Of a DNA stretch of 64,000 bases, positions 9,242 to 18,647 are shown piece by piece. The notes beneath the pieces were generated by a model. That model was given only the letters and a program-made list of their open reading frames with translations. It had not been told where the DNA came from and ran no database searches. The DNA comes from Planctomycetota bacterium (lineage in GTDB: Bacteria; Planctomycetota; UBA1135; GCA-002686595). The stretch spans positions 1 to 64,000 of the forward strand of contig CANKOY010000017.1 of NCBI GenBank assembly GCA_947484275.1, read 5' to 3'. A program made the translations under genes and the position numbers. Within the stretch, counting starts at the first letter, position 1. Every line of letters starts with the position of its first letter.

Positions 9242-11323
9242 TCAGAAAGCCATGCCTACAGTAAAGTGCAGCACTGCGCGACTCTCGCCAGTGTCTGGAT
9301 CAGGATTGATGCCGTAGTCCAGGCGAATCGGGCCGATCGGCAAAACGTAGCGCAGGCCAGCGCCATAGGCCGAGCGGAAGTCTTCGGTGTCGAAGAACTC
9401 GCTGGCCTTGAGCTGCACGTTGCCGGTGTCGACGAACAGGGCGCAGTCAAGATTGCCTGTCAGCTTTTGGCGCAACTCGAGCGAGAAGACATGGAAGGTC
9501 TCGCCTCCAAGATGATTGCCGAAAACATCCGTCGGACCCAGGCGGTCCTCACGGAAGGAGCGCACGGTGTTCTCACCGCCGTTGAAGAAGCGCTCCTGCA
9601 GCGGAATCGAATCAGAGGAGCCGATCGGCGTGATCGAACCGGCGCGCCATGACAGGGCCAGGACGCCACCGCTCCACAACGGGCTGTACGTCGAATGGCC
9701 GAGCCGAAGACGAACGAAACCCAATTCAGAGCCGATGGTCGAGTCGGCGAATTCCAGAGTGACACGCGTGACGGATCCACTCGACGGCGCAAACACGGAA
9801 TCACGGGTGTCGTACACCGGCGTGAGTGAAATCGAGCTGATCTCCACTGCGTCGATCAACGCCTGCACGGCTGGGCCGACGAGGGTCACGCCCGTGACCG
9901 ACGTCGAGCGAAACGCGTAGCCCAGGGTCGCCGAAAGCCGCCGGGTGAACCGGCGGGAAAGATTCCAGCCGACGCCGGTCTCGCGACTGGTGAACGAGGG
10001 TTCTTCGCGGCGGTTGGCGAACAGGCTGGTGGTGGAGCGCACGTCGCTGCCGAAGAAGCGCGGATTGATCACACTCAGTCGACCGCTCTGTGCCAGCTCG
10101 GAAAGCGTGGTCTCCAGTTCCACCGAGCGACCTGTGCCGAAGAGGTTGTTATGCCGCCCACCAAGTCCAATCCGGAAGCGCTCGTAGGATCCGTAGCCGG
10201 GTTCGACGAACAGCTCAGCCCAGGGCGCTTCGCTGACTTCTACAACCAAAGCGCGTTCCGCCCCGGCACCGGATTCGAGGCTCACGCTGACGCCGGAGAA
10301 CAGGCCGCTCTGGTACAGGGCACGAAAACTCTCGCGCTCCTTCTCGGAGTTGTAGAAGTCCCCCGGGGAGAATTTGACCAGCGCCAAGATCGTTGACGAG
10401 CGCGTGCGCTCCGCACCGCGGATTTCGATCGAGGAAATGCTGACGCGCTGGCCGGCGTCGACTTCGAACACAACCGCCGTTCCTCCGTCATCGCGGCCCT
10501 CGATCGCCTGCACGGCAGCTCGCGCTTCCGGATACCCCTGGGAGCCGAGCGACTCTTCCAGGCGCGCGCGAATCTCGCCCGCCAAGAGCGGCGAGTAGGC
10601 CCTTTGCACATAGGACTCTGCGACGCGGTTCAGGGCGACCAGTGTGTGCTCGGGCGCGCCGCGAAGATCCACCTGCGTCAACTTGGAGCGCACCCCTTCG
10701 CGGACTTCGATCACGACGCGCGCGTGGGTCCTCTCCGCGTCGAGTGTGGCGCGCGGCTGCGCGACGCGAACATCCAGGAATCCGTTCCTGTAGTAGTAAT
10801 CCTCCAGGTCGCCCGCGGCACTCTCGAGTGCGGACTCGACCCACCACGGTGGACCGACGCCGGGAAGCTTCAACTCGGCCTCCGTGTCGGCCTCCCCAAT
10901 GAGAAGACGCGGTACCTCCGGAAAGAGATTTTCTAGAGTCTTGCGATTGAGCGAAGTCGCGCCCTCGATGCGAATCGACGCGAGCGCCACGCGCGGGCCC
11001 TCCACCACGTTGAAAATCGCGCGTTCGACCTGCTCGGGATCGCGCGCGAACTCGTACGCCACGCGCGCGGAGGGGAAGCCTTGACTTGCGTAGAAGCGTT
11101 CGATGGCGAAGGCGCCGTCGTCCACCGCGGAGCGCGCCCATTTGTCCGAGATGCCATCTCCGACCTCCGCGGCTACGAGCTCGCGCAAGCGCTGCGCGGA
11201 GAAGGTGCTTGCGCCCTCGATCCGCAGAGGCGGCAGCCCGCCCCCACTTCCCACGGTGCTCGCGCAGGCGCAAAGGCACAGCCCCGCAGGCAAGAGAAGG
11301 AACTGAAGGCCGCGCACGTTCAC
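9242..11323 (-). CDS. tamA: Omp85-family outer-membrane protein (TamA/BamA-like) with POTRA domains and a C-terminal beta-barrel.
   Basis: 693 aa. Signal peptide with a lipobox-like CLCACAS. POTRA-like repeats. C-terminal barrel ending ...HFTVGMAF (terminal aromatic). ATGA overlap with tamB. Confidence 0.85.
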   Translation of the reverse strand: MNVRGLQFLLLPAGLCLCACASTVGSGGGLPPLRIEGASTFSAQRLRELVAAEVGDGISDKWARSAVDDGAFAIERFYASQGFPSARVAYEFARDPEQVERAIFNVVEGPRVALASIRIEGATSLNRKTLENLFPEVPRLLIGEADTEAELKLPGVGPPWWVESALESAAGDLEDYYYRNGFLDVRVAQPRATLDAERTHARVVIEVREGVRSKLTQVDLRGAPEHTLVALNRVAESYVQRAYSPLLAGEIRARLEESLGSQGYPEARAAVQAIEGRDDGGTAVVFEVDAGQRVSISSIEIRGAERTRSSTILALVKFSPGDFYNSEKERESFRALYQSGLFSGVSVSLESGAGAERALVVEVSEAPWAELFVEPGYGSYERFRIGLGGRHNNLFGTGRSVELETTLSELAQSGRLSVINPRFFGSDVRSTTSLFANRREEPSFTSRETGVGWNLSRRFTRRLSATLGYAFRSTSVTGVTLVGPAVQALIDAVEISSISLTPVYDTRDSVFAPSSGSVTRVTLEFADSTIGSELGFVRLRLGHSTYSPLWSGGVLALSWRAGSITPIGSSDSIPLQERFFNGGENTVRSFREDRLGPTDVFGNHLGGETFHVFSLELRQKLTGNLDCALFVDTGNVQLKASEFFDTEDFRSAYGAGLRYVLPIGPIRLDYGINPDPDTGESRAVLHFTVGMAF

Positions 11324-14300
11324 CGGAAACGAAAGAGAAGTTTGACGCCGAAGTTGACGTGCTCGTACACGTCCTCCTCCGCGCGCAGGAACAGGATCCG
11401 CGACTTGCCCTTGGGATTGGGCGTCAGGCGAAAAATGAACTCGGTGGATTCGATTCCTGTCTGGCTGACTTCCGCGCCGCGGTAGAACTCAAAGCGCTCC
11501 GAGATCGGATCCTCGCTCTCGCCTTCGATCCCCAGCCAGCGGGTCATGATGTCGCGGCCGAGATACACTGCCACGGTCTCGACGGCGGCTTCGCTGCCTC
11601 GGGCACTGAGCGCGGTCTCGGGCAGTTGACCGGTCAGCACGAGCACCGCGAGTTCTTCGCTGGCGAGCGGAGGCGAGGAACTGAACAGAAGCTCCGGCTC
11701 GGCCGAGGTGCCGCTCACGCGGGCCGTGATGTCATAGCCGCGCACGCGCGTGATCGCGGAGATGTCGAGGTCCGGAGTGAGCCGATTGCCACCGCGAAAG
11801 GTCAACAACCCAGACGTCACGTCCAAGTTCGCCGCAGGCAGTTTTACGCGCCCGGACCCAATCACGAGCGTGCCCTCGAGCCGCGGAGCCGCGCCGCTTC
11901 CGCGCAGTTCCAGCTGCGGCTCGAGCGTGCCCCACACGATGTTCGTCTCAACGCGGATGGGCCGGCGCGAACCGATTCTGACGTCGAACTCGATGTTGGC
12001 CCAAGGTAGCTCGCGCAGGAAGGGCAGTTCGACTTCGCTTGTGCGACCCGTGTTCACACTCCCCGGCAGTGAGACGAGCTTGAAGTCCTTGGAGAAGCGC
12101 CCGTCGACCACCATGAATTCGCCGCTCAGTTTCAAGGCACTGAGGGCACCGACAAGCGCAAGGTCGGCGTCCGCGCGCAGGCGCAGGCCTTCGTCGCGGG
12201 CGAGCAGCAGACCTTCGCCTTTGACCTTGAGGTCCAGCTGCGGCTCGTGTCTGCCGAACGCCACGGTCCCGCTGGCTGCGAAGGGTGCTGCGCCGTAGTC
12301 CCCCGTCAAGGAGTTGATGCGCAGGTCCATTCCGTCGAGCTCGATCGCGGCCGCGAGGTTCTCGAATGCCGCCAAACTGTTGGCGAGACGCACTTCGGCG
12401 CGCGACAAGTCCAGGTTGCCCGTAAGTGTCGGCGCGCCGAGAGTGCCACCGATGTCGAGCTTCCCAGTCAGCTCACCGGCGGTGCGCCTTAGGTTGCTTG
12501 AGAGTCCGGCGACGAAACCCAGATCCGCAACGCTGATACGCGAGGAAAACGACAAGGGGAGTTCGTCCCAGACTGGCGGCCCGTCGATGAGCCAACGCCT
12601 CAGGTTCAAGCGCAAGCCGATTTCACCCTCGAAATTCGCCTCGACTCGCTCGGGGAGCCACAGGCGCGCACGCTCCAATTTCAAGCTCTCGCCTAGTCGC
12701 GCAGCGCCTTCGAATTGGAAGGTGCCCGAGGGCCCGCGGCTCAAGCCGGGATCGTCGGGAAACCCAGCGATCTCCACGCGCGTCTCTAAGCTGCCGCCGA
12801 CCTGCGAACTCGTGCCGTCCAGCTGAAACCGCGCGGTGCCATTGCCGCGCCAATCCTCGGACAGGCCTAGGCGCCGCAGGGGCAATCGCGACAAGTCGGA
12901 GATGATCGCATCGCCAGCAAGTTCCAGCGGGCCTTCGCCAATCCACGGAGTCGCAAGCGGATCCACGGGAACGCGACCGCTGAGCGCCAGTCCAAAATGC
13001 CCCGGCGCCGAGAGCACCAATTGCCGAATCAAGAGCTCCCGGCCCGAGAGTTTTCCGATGAAGGACAGCGTGCCCGGTGGTGCGTCCGCGAAGAGGCCCA
13101 GTTCGTCCACGCGTAAATCCACGTCGAGGGCCAGATCAGCGCCCGTGTGGCGGTAGGCCAGCGAACCGTGCACTCCCTCGATCGTCATGCCCTCGGGCAG
13201 GAACGGTCGCAGGAGCTGCATCGGATGGAGTTCGGCGGCATCGATCGCAATCGACTTTTCATTCCCCGTCCACACGATGTCCGCGTTCGCTCGACCGGCG
13301 CTCCCGCTTACGCACAGACCTCGAACGATCAGTCCCGCCGGAGGAAACTCCAATTCCACCTGCGATTCCAACGTGAGGTCCAACTCCTGGCGCGAGAGTC
13401 GCGCGCGATCGAGCAGGACCTTGGGGCCAGAAAGGTCGGTCGGAATACGGAAACTCCCGCTCGCACTCACGTCGACACCGGCAACCTTGGCCTCGAGTTG
13501 ATCGATGCGCGCACAGCCGGCTGCAAAGGCGCCTGAGAGTTCAAGCTGCTCGATCATCCTGGGGCTGCCCGCAGCCGCAGCTTCCGGAAATTCGAGGTCC
13601 CAGGCTTGGACCGTCGCGCCGACTCTCGGGTCGCGCCAAGGTCCTGCGAAATTCGCGTCGAATGTCAGGAGCCCCGCGGAGGCCCGCGAATTGCTCCACT
13701 GCTCTAGTGCGAATGTGCGCCCGCGAACGCGCGCGTTCGAAAGCACGCCATTCGCGTATTCGAAGTCGCCGCTGGCGCTGGCGTACCCGAGGGGGCCGTC
13801 GAGTTCGAGCCGCTCGAGACGCAGGCGCGCATTGTCCGCGCGCGCCTCGATGGCCACGGCGCCGACCTTCGATCCAAAGAGGGACAAGTCGCTGCCCGAG
13901 AGTCGGAATCGCCCCGAGGGGCTGGTCAGCGGACCGCTCAATGCAAGTGTGCCCGCAAGCGCGCCCTGGACATCGCCCTGGCCGAACAACGCCGCCACGG
14001 GTGCGAGATCCTCGAAGGACAGCACTGCATCGAGATCTATGAGCAGGCCCTCGTACCACGGCAGACTGCGCGGTCCCCAGCTCCCGCTGCCGCGCTGGAC
14101 CACGAGTCCGCCCACATCCGTGCGAACCAGTCCGGTGCGCACTTGAAAGCCTGTGGGAGAGAATTCGAACGAGAGCTGCGCCCGTCGCACACGATCAGCG
14201 GCGCGCAGGACCTCCGGCGCGGCAGCGACCAGCAGCGAACCTGCGTCGAGAACTTCCAGCTTCGCCGAACCGTGAAGCGAGCGAAGAACTCCCTCGAGCC

Positions 14301-15411
14301 CTGTATCCGCGAGGGAAAAGCCGAAATTGGAGAGAGCCAGGGTGTTGGGCCCACGGATCAGCGTGCCCTCGCGAATCTCGAAATCCTCGGCATCGAAACT
14401 GCCCGCAAATTCGAGGTGATCGTAGTGCCGCTCAAGAAACCTCACTTCGTCCACCTGACCGCTGGCGTGGGCCGTCCAATCTGCAATCGACGCCAAAGGC
14501 GCGCGGAAGACTCCGGTCAGGTTGGCGCGGCCCGCCAAGGTCGTGGTGACGCGAAGTTCGCTCAGCAACGCCGCGAGCTCCAATTCGCGCGCGCCGACCC
14601 AGAGCTCCAATCCTCCGCCGCCCACTGCGCCGTGCAGTTCCAATTCCCCGGCCCCAAGGTCGAGCGTTCCACCGAACCTCGCGCGCGAGCGCTCGAGTTC
14701 CCGCAGGTCCAAAGTGAAATCGCGGCAACTGGCGCCGCCTTCAAGGTCCAGTCGCGGGGACTCGAACACTCCCGCGCGGTAGCGTGCTTCGCCTGCCAGA
14801 CGAAAGGAGCGCTCGCCGTAGTTGACGTCGCGATACAAGCCGCGCCCGATGACGAGTTTCCAGGCGAAGGTGCCCGCGTTCGGCGCCGGAGCGCGAAGCA
14901 AGTCCAGCGCCCCGAGCTCCAGGAGCATTCCCGCGCCAAAATCGAGCGAAACCGACGCGTCGCGGACCTCGATCGGCGGCAAATTCGCGGGCCAGGGGAA
15001 GGGAGGCAAGTCCGCTCCGGGGACCACAACGGGGCGCTCGGCAGAAGAACGCTCCGCCAAGTCAATTTTCACGGACGCGTCACCCAAGTCGATCGAGTGA
15101 ATCGCGTTCAAATCGCCGCTGATTAATCCGCGCAGGTCGAAGTGCGCCACTGCCTTGCCAACATGCAGCGAGGTGAGCTCCGTAGTCGGTGTTCCGCCGT
15201 CCAAACGGCAGTCCTCGAGCTCGATTTCGCTCCACCAGTTGCCGCCGAGACGGCCCACTCGCAGTTCCAATCCCGTCGATGCGCGCAGGACCTCGGCCGC
15301 GCGCGCGACAACGAAGGGTGCGAGAACGCGCTCGCGCCCCAAGTACGCAGCGCCCGAAAGCAAGAACAACACACACACCAGCGCGCCGACCCGCTTGGTC
15401 CAGCGCCGCAT
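11320..15411 (-). CDS. tamB: Translocation and assembly module subunit TamB (DUF490-family, AsmA-like).
   Basis: Over 1300 aa, repetitive and beta-rich, with an N-terminal TM anchor (RRWTKRVGALVCVLFLLSGAAYLG). The C-terminus has a TamB-type conserved tail (...NFGVKLLFRFR). Its stop overlaps the tamA start. The start was chosen at the internal Met at 15411. Confidence 0.85.
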   Translation of the reverse strand: MRRWTKRVGALVCVLFLLSGAAYLGRERVLAPFVVARAAEVLRASTGLELRVGRLGGNWWSEIELEDCRLDGGTPTTELTSLHVGKAVAHFDLRGLISGDLNAIHSIDLGDASVKIDLAERSSAERPVVVPGADLPPFPWPANLPPIEVRDASVSLDFGAGMLLELGALDLLRAPAPNAGTFAWKLVIGRGLYRDVNYGERSFRLAGEARYRAGVFESPRLDLEGGASCRDFTLDLRELERSRARFGGTLDLGAGELELHGAVGGGGLELWVGARELELAALLSELRVTTTLAGRANLTGVFRAPLASIADWTAHASGQVDEVRFLERHYDHLEFAGSFDAEDFEIREGTLIRGPNTLALSNFGFSLADTGLEGVLRSLHGSAKLEVLDAGSLLVAAAPEVLRAADRVRRAQLSFEFSPTGFQVRTGLVRTDVGGLVVQRGSGSWGPRSLPWYEGLLIDLDAVLSFEDLAPVAALFGQGDVQGALAGTLALSGPLTSPSGRFRLSGSDLSLFGSKVGAVAIEARADNARLRLERLELDGPLGYASASGDFEYANGVLSNARVRGRTFALEQWSNSRASAGLLTFDANFAGPWRDPRVGATVQAWDLEFPEAAAAGSPRMIEQLELSGAFAAGCARIDQLEAKVAGVDVSASGSFRIPTDLSGPKVLLDRARLSRQELDLTLESQVELEFPPAGLIVRGLCVSGSAGRANADIVWTGNEKSIAIDAAELHPMQLLRPFLPEGMTIEGVHGSLAYRHTGADLALDVDLRVDELGLFADAPPGTLSFIGKLSGRELLIRQLVLSAPGHFGLALSGRVPVDPLATPWIGEGPLELAGDAIISDLSRLPLRRLGLSEDWRGNGTARFQLDGTSSQVGGSLETRVEIAGFPDDPGLSRGPSGTFQFEGAARLGESLKLERARLWLPERVEANFEGEIGLRLNLRRWLIDGPPVWDELPLSFSSRISVADLGFVAGLSSNLRRTAGELTGKLDIGGTLGAPTLTGNLDLSRAEVRLANSLAAFENLAAAIELDGMDLRINSLTGDYGAAPFAASGTVAFGRHEPQLDLKVKGEGLLLARDEGLRLRADADLALVGALSALKLSGEFMVVDGRFSKDFKLVSLPGSVNTGRTSEVELPFLRELPWANIEFDVRIGSRRPIRVETNIVWGTLEPQLELRGSGAAPRLEGTLVIGSGRVKLPAANLDVTSGLLTFRGGNRLTPDLDISAITRVRGYDITARVSGTSAEPELLFSSSPPLASEELAVLVLTGQLPETALSARGSEAAVETVAVYLGRDIMTRWLGIEGESEDPISERFEFYRGAEVSQTGIESTEFIFRLTPNPKGKSRILFLRAEEDVYEHVNFGVKLLFRFR

Positions 15412-15580
15412 GCTGCCCGCCTTTCGCGGAGCCTTCTCGGGCGTTCGTCCGCTCACTGGATCGCTCCTGCCGCGCGCAGTGTAGACCACGGCGGCCGCCC
15501 AGTTGAGCGCGCCACGGTATGGATTTCGAACAAGCGCAAGGCCCCGGCGACGCGGCCGGCCGGAGGGCGTCGTGGATCGA

Positions 15581-17002
15581 TCAGCGAGCGTAGCTGTCGA
15601 TCACACGTTCGATCGCGCGCTCGCACACGGCGCAAAAGCGCGTGGGGTTGCGTGTGAACATGATGCAATCGACCTCGGGCCGAAAAAGGCCCTTGGCCTG
15701 GTAGCTCGCCCCTTCAAAGGCTCCGACCGCGTTGGCGTAACGCTCCCGAGCCAGGAGCGGCGCCGTGGAGCCTTTGACTTCGCGGAACAGGCCTTCCATC
15801 GCTTCCTCGCTGGCCTTGGCCTCGAGCATCTGCGCGCGACGGGCCTGGTAGGCCAGGTCGATTTCGTCGAAGTGTTGCTGACCCCAGGGCGTCGGCAGCG
15901 GTGTGTCCTTGGCCACAAGGTCCTTCCACTTCAAGTTCGCGGGATCGAGCAGGGCGGTGACGTTCGGCTCCCAGGGTTCGACGCCGGGCTTGATGAACTC
16001 TTCGTAGGCAACCTGGGAGGAGTAGTACTCATCCGCGAGCCCGGCGAAGGAATGGCCGAACTCGTGGACGAAGACGTACGCAGCGGGCTCGGTGTCGGCG
16101 GCGACGGTGGCCCACAGGTTGTAGATGCCGCCGCCGCCGTACTTGCGCTCGTTGAACAGCAGAATCAGCGTGTCGTAGGGCGCCTGGGCACAGGTCTGTC
16201 GCAGTGCGAAGTCGTCCATGGTCAGGACGTAGCGATCGGATCCAAACGCGTTGTAGGAAAGGCCCAGGGCGCTCTTGCGCGCCACTTCCTTGCGCGGATT
16301 CGCGATGCCCGCTTCCTTCGAGGGCACGAACAGCGCGCGCACGTTGAAGTCGGACTTGCGGCGCTGGAAGGGCTCGGTCGTGAACATGACCTCCACCAGA
16401 CGGCGCGTGTCGGCGACGAATTTGTCGCGCTGCTCCCGCGTGTAGCCGTCTGAGACGATCAAGAGGTCGACGTGGGTTGCATTGTCGCCATGGACGAAGA
16501 TCGGCACGGTCTCACCAAGTTGTTCCGGATCACGTCGCCACGGTCGGTCCACGGCAAGGTCGACGTCCCGCGTGGCTAGATCCTGAAAACTCCCGTCGTC
16601 TGCGCGCTTCTGGATCGCGAGCCGGAATGGCAGACGCGGCTCGGGCAGGCGCACAGTCTCCTCGAACGCCTTGAGGAACTCCTTGGCCTCGGCCGTGGTC
16701 TCCCACTCGCCGAAAATGCTCGCGAAACCGCGCGAGTACAAGAGCCGCTGACTGGCGAGGTCGCGCATTTCCACGCGGTACTTGCCGAAGTCGTTGGGGT
16801 CGATCAATTGCGTGCGCGAGCCGGGCCAGTCGCCGGAGATGACCACATGTTCGAAGCCGATTTCCCCTGACCCGCCCTTGCGGTTGGCGTGGTTGTAGCC
16901 GACCTGCATGCACTTCCCGGTGAAGGCCTGATCGAAGTCGGGCCTCGCCAGGGTAGAGCAACCGCACAACGCGAGAGTCAAGAGCAGCAAGAGCTTGTCC
17001 AT
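15581..17002 (-). CDS. M64-family (IgA-peptidase-like) zinc metallopeptidase lipoprotein.
   Basis: HEFGHSFAGLADEY is an HExxH plus downstream acidic motif. Lipoprotein signal MDKLLLLLTLALCGCS. The start was placed at the Met at 17002, which begins the signal peptide. Confidence 0.8.
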   Translation of the reverse strand: MDKLLLLLTLALCGCSTLARPDFDQAFTGKCMQVGYNHANRKGGSGEIGFEHVVISGDWPGSRTQLIDPNDFGKYRVEMRDLASQRLLYSRGFASIFGEWETTAEAKEFLKAFEETVRLPEPRLPFRLAIQKRADDGSFQDLATRDVDLAVDRPWRRDPEQLGETVPIFVHGDNATHVDLLIVSDGYTREQRDKFVADTRRLVEVMFTTEPFQRRKSDFNVRALFVPSKEAGIANPRKEVARKSALGLSYNAFGSDRYVLTMDDFALRQTCAQAPYDTLILLFNERKYGGGGIYNLWATVAADTEPAAYVFVHEFGHSFAGLADEYYSSQVAYEEFIKPGVEPWEPNVTALLDPANLKWKDLVAKDTPLPTPWGQQHFDEIDLAYQARRAQMLEAKASEEAMEGLFREVKGSTAPLLARERYANAVGAFEGASYQAKGLFRPEVDCIMFTRNPTRFCAVCERAIERVIDSYAR

Positions 17003-17008
17003 GGCCAC

Positions 17009-17064
17009 GACCATAGCGGATGGGTGAAGGAACGGCACAGTTCCTTCACCCATCCGCTATGGTC
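17009..17064. promoter_or_regulatory. Perfect 25 bp inverted repeat with a 5 nt spacer, in the 70 bp divergent intergenic region between the M64 peptidase and epimerase genes. Candidate operator site.
   Basis: gaccatagcggatgggtgaaggaac GGCAC agttccttcacccatccgctatggtc. The two arms are exact reverse complements of each other. The palindrome covers nearly the whole gap between the two start codons. Confidence 0.5.
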
Positions 17065-17072
17065 TGCGCAAC

Positions 17073-18647
17073 ATGCGGGTACTCGTCAGCGGAGCCACGG
17101 GATTTGTCGGCCGCGCCCTTTGCCTGCGCCTTGCGCGCGACGGGCACCAAGTCGTGGCCTGGGTGCGCAGTCCAGAGCGCGCGCGGCACTTGCTCGGGGC
17201 GGATGTCGAACTTGTCGCTATCGATGCTGGCGCTGGCGCCCGCAACGACGATTCCGGCGGGGAACTCGCACGGGAACTCTCGACCTGCGACGCGATCGTG
17301 CACCTCGCGGGCGAACCGGTGATCGGCAAGCGCTGGAGCGCGACGCAACGGGAGCGATTGCACTTGAGTCGCGTCGGCCTGGCGAATCGCCTCGTAGCAG
17401 CCATGTCCAAGTCCTCGCGCGCTCCGCACACCTTCGTCAGTTCGAGCGCCGTGGGTTATTACGGCGAGCGCGGCGACGATCGCTTGGGCGAGAATTCTCC
17501 CGCGGGGGACGATTTCCTCGCGCGCCTGTGCGTCGACTGGGAACAGGCGGCCCAAGCTGCCGCAAAGCACGGCGCGCGCGTCGTCTGCATGCGCACCGGA
17601 ATCGTCCTGGGCCCCGAGGGCGGCGTGCTCGGCGCGATGCGCTTGCCGTTTCAATTGGGCCTCGGCGGCCCCCTGGGTTCCGGCCGCCAGTACGTGCCCT
17701 GGGTTCACCTCGACGATCTGTTGGAGATGTACGCCCTCGCCCTGACGGATCCGACCATCGAAGGCCCGTGGAACGCGACCGCTCCAGAACCGGTGACCAA
17801 TGCGGAGTTCACTCGCGCCCTGGGCCGCGTTCTCCGACGCCCCGCCATTTTTACCGTGCCGAAGTTCGCGCTGTACGCAGCCCTGGGCGCGTCGGCTTCT
17901 GCGCCCCTCGGCAGTCAGCGCGCGATTCCAGAGCGCTTCCTCGGCCGCGGCTTCGCTTTCGTTCATCGCCAGATCGAGTCGGCGTTGCGCGAGATTCTGC
18001 GCGGCGATCACGGACTGCGCCTCGGCCCCGCGCGCGAAGTTCCAGATCACGCCTACTTGCGCGCTCGACGACCGACTCACGTCTTGGAGCAGACCACCGA
18101 AATTCGCGCGCCCCTGGCGCAGGTGGCGCAGTTTTTTTCCAAGGCGGAAAACCTCGGGATCCTGACGCCGCCGTCGATGGTCTTCCGCGTCGAGACGCCG
18201 CGACCGATCGCCATGGCCAAGGGCACGCGCATCGACTACACGCTGCGCCTTGGACCGTTTCCCTTGCGCTGGCGCACATCGATCGAAGTCTGGGACGACA
18301 GCGCAGGTTTCAGCGACGCGGAGGAACGCGGGCCGTTCCATTGTTGGTGGCACGAACATCGCTTCGAGGCCCAGGGGGAGGGCACGCTGATGCGCGACCG
18401 CGTGTTCTTCGCGGTGCTCCCCCGCTGGATCGGTTGGCTCGGATGGATGGAACGCGCGATCGTCGCGCTGACCGTGGGGCGCAGACTGCGGCGCATCTTC
18501 GGCTATCGCTCGCAGGCCATGGCCTGGAGGTTCGACGCCCGCGTTCCTAGCAGCCCGTTGAAAAAATCCCGTCGCGAGGCGCAGCGATCTTCGTCGTGGC
18601 TAGGAACGCGACGGAGGGACGGCGGAGGCGGCCTTCCTGGCCGCTGA
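17073..18647 (+). CDS. TIGR01777/YfcH-type NAD-dependent epimerase (DUF1731) fused to a C-terminal SRPBCC (START/Bet v1-like) domain. The last approximately 32 codons are read from a repeat element.
   Basis: MRVLVSGATGFVGRALCLRL is a Rossmann motif. The YfcH-like core follows, then a 150 aa SRPBCC-like region. The ORF continues into the palindromic element that begins at 18551. Confidence 0.8.
   Translation: MRVLVSGATGFVGRALCLRLARDGHQVVAWVRSPERARHLLGADVELVAIDAGAGARNDDSGGELARELSTCDAIVHLAGEPVIGKRWSATQRERLHLSRVGLANRLVAAMSKSSRAPHTFVSSSAVGYYGERGDDRLGENSPAGDDFLARLCVDWEQAAQAAAKHGARVVCMRTGIVLGPEGGVLGAMRLPFQLGLGGPLGSGRQYVPWVHLDDLLEMYALALTDPTIEGPWNATAPEPVTNAEFTRALGRVLRRPAIFTVPKFALYAALGASASAPLGSQRAIPERFLGRGFAFVHRQIESALREILRGDHGLRLGPAREVPDHAYLRARRPTHVLEQTTEIRAPLAQVAQFFSKAENLGILTPPSMVFRVETPRPIAMAKGTRIDYTLRLGPFPLRWRTSIEVWDDSAGFSDAEERGPFHCWWHEHRFEAQGEGTLMRDRVFFAVLPRWIGWLGWMERAIVALTVGRRLRRIFGYRSQAMAWRFDARVPSSPLKKSRREAQRSSSWLGTRRRDGGGGLPGR

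Noticed and set aside
10488-11279. 263 aa minus-strand ORF in a different frame within tamA
   Set aside because: It shares a strand with tamA but is out of frame with it. The translation is Arg/Gly-rich nonsense, and the tamA frame gives POTRA and barrel features.
16889-18550. 553 aa plus-strand ORF and 437 aa minus-strand ORF (17046..18359) overlapping the epimerase gene
   Set aside because: They lie in alternative frames or antisense to the epimerase-SRPBCC ORF, which has clear Rossmann and family motifs. Their Arg/Pro/Gly-rich translations are characteristic of spurious GC-rich ORFs.
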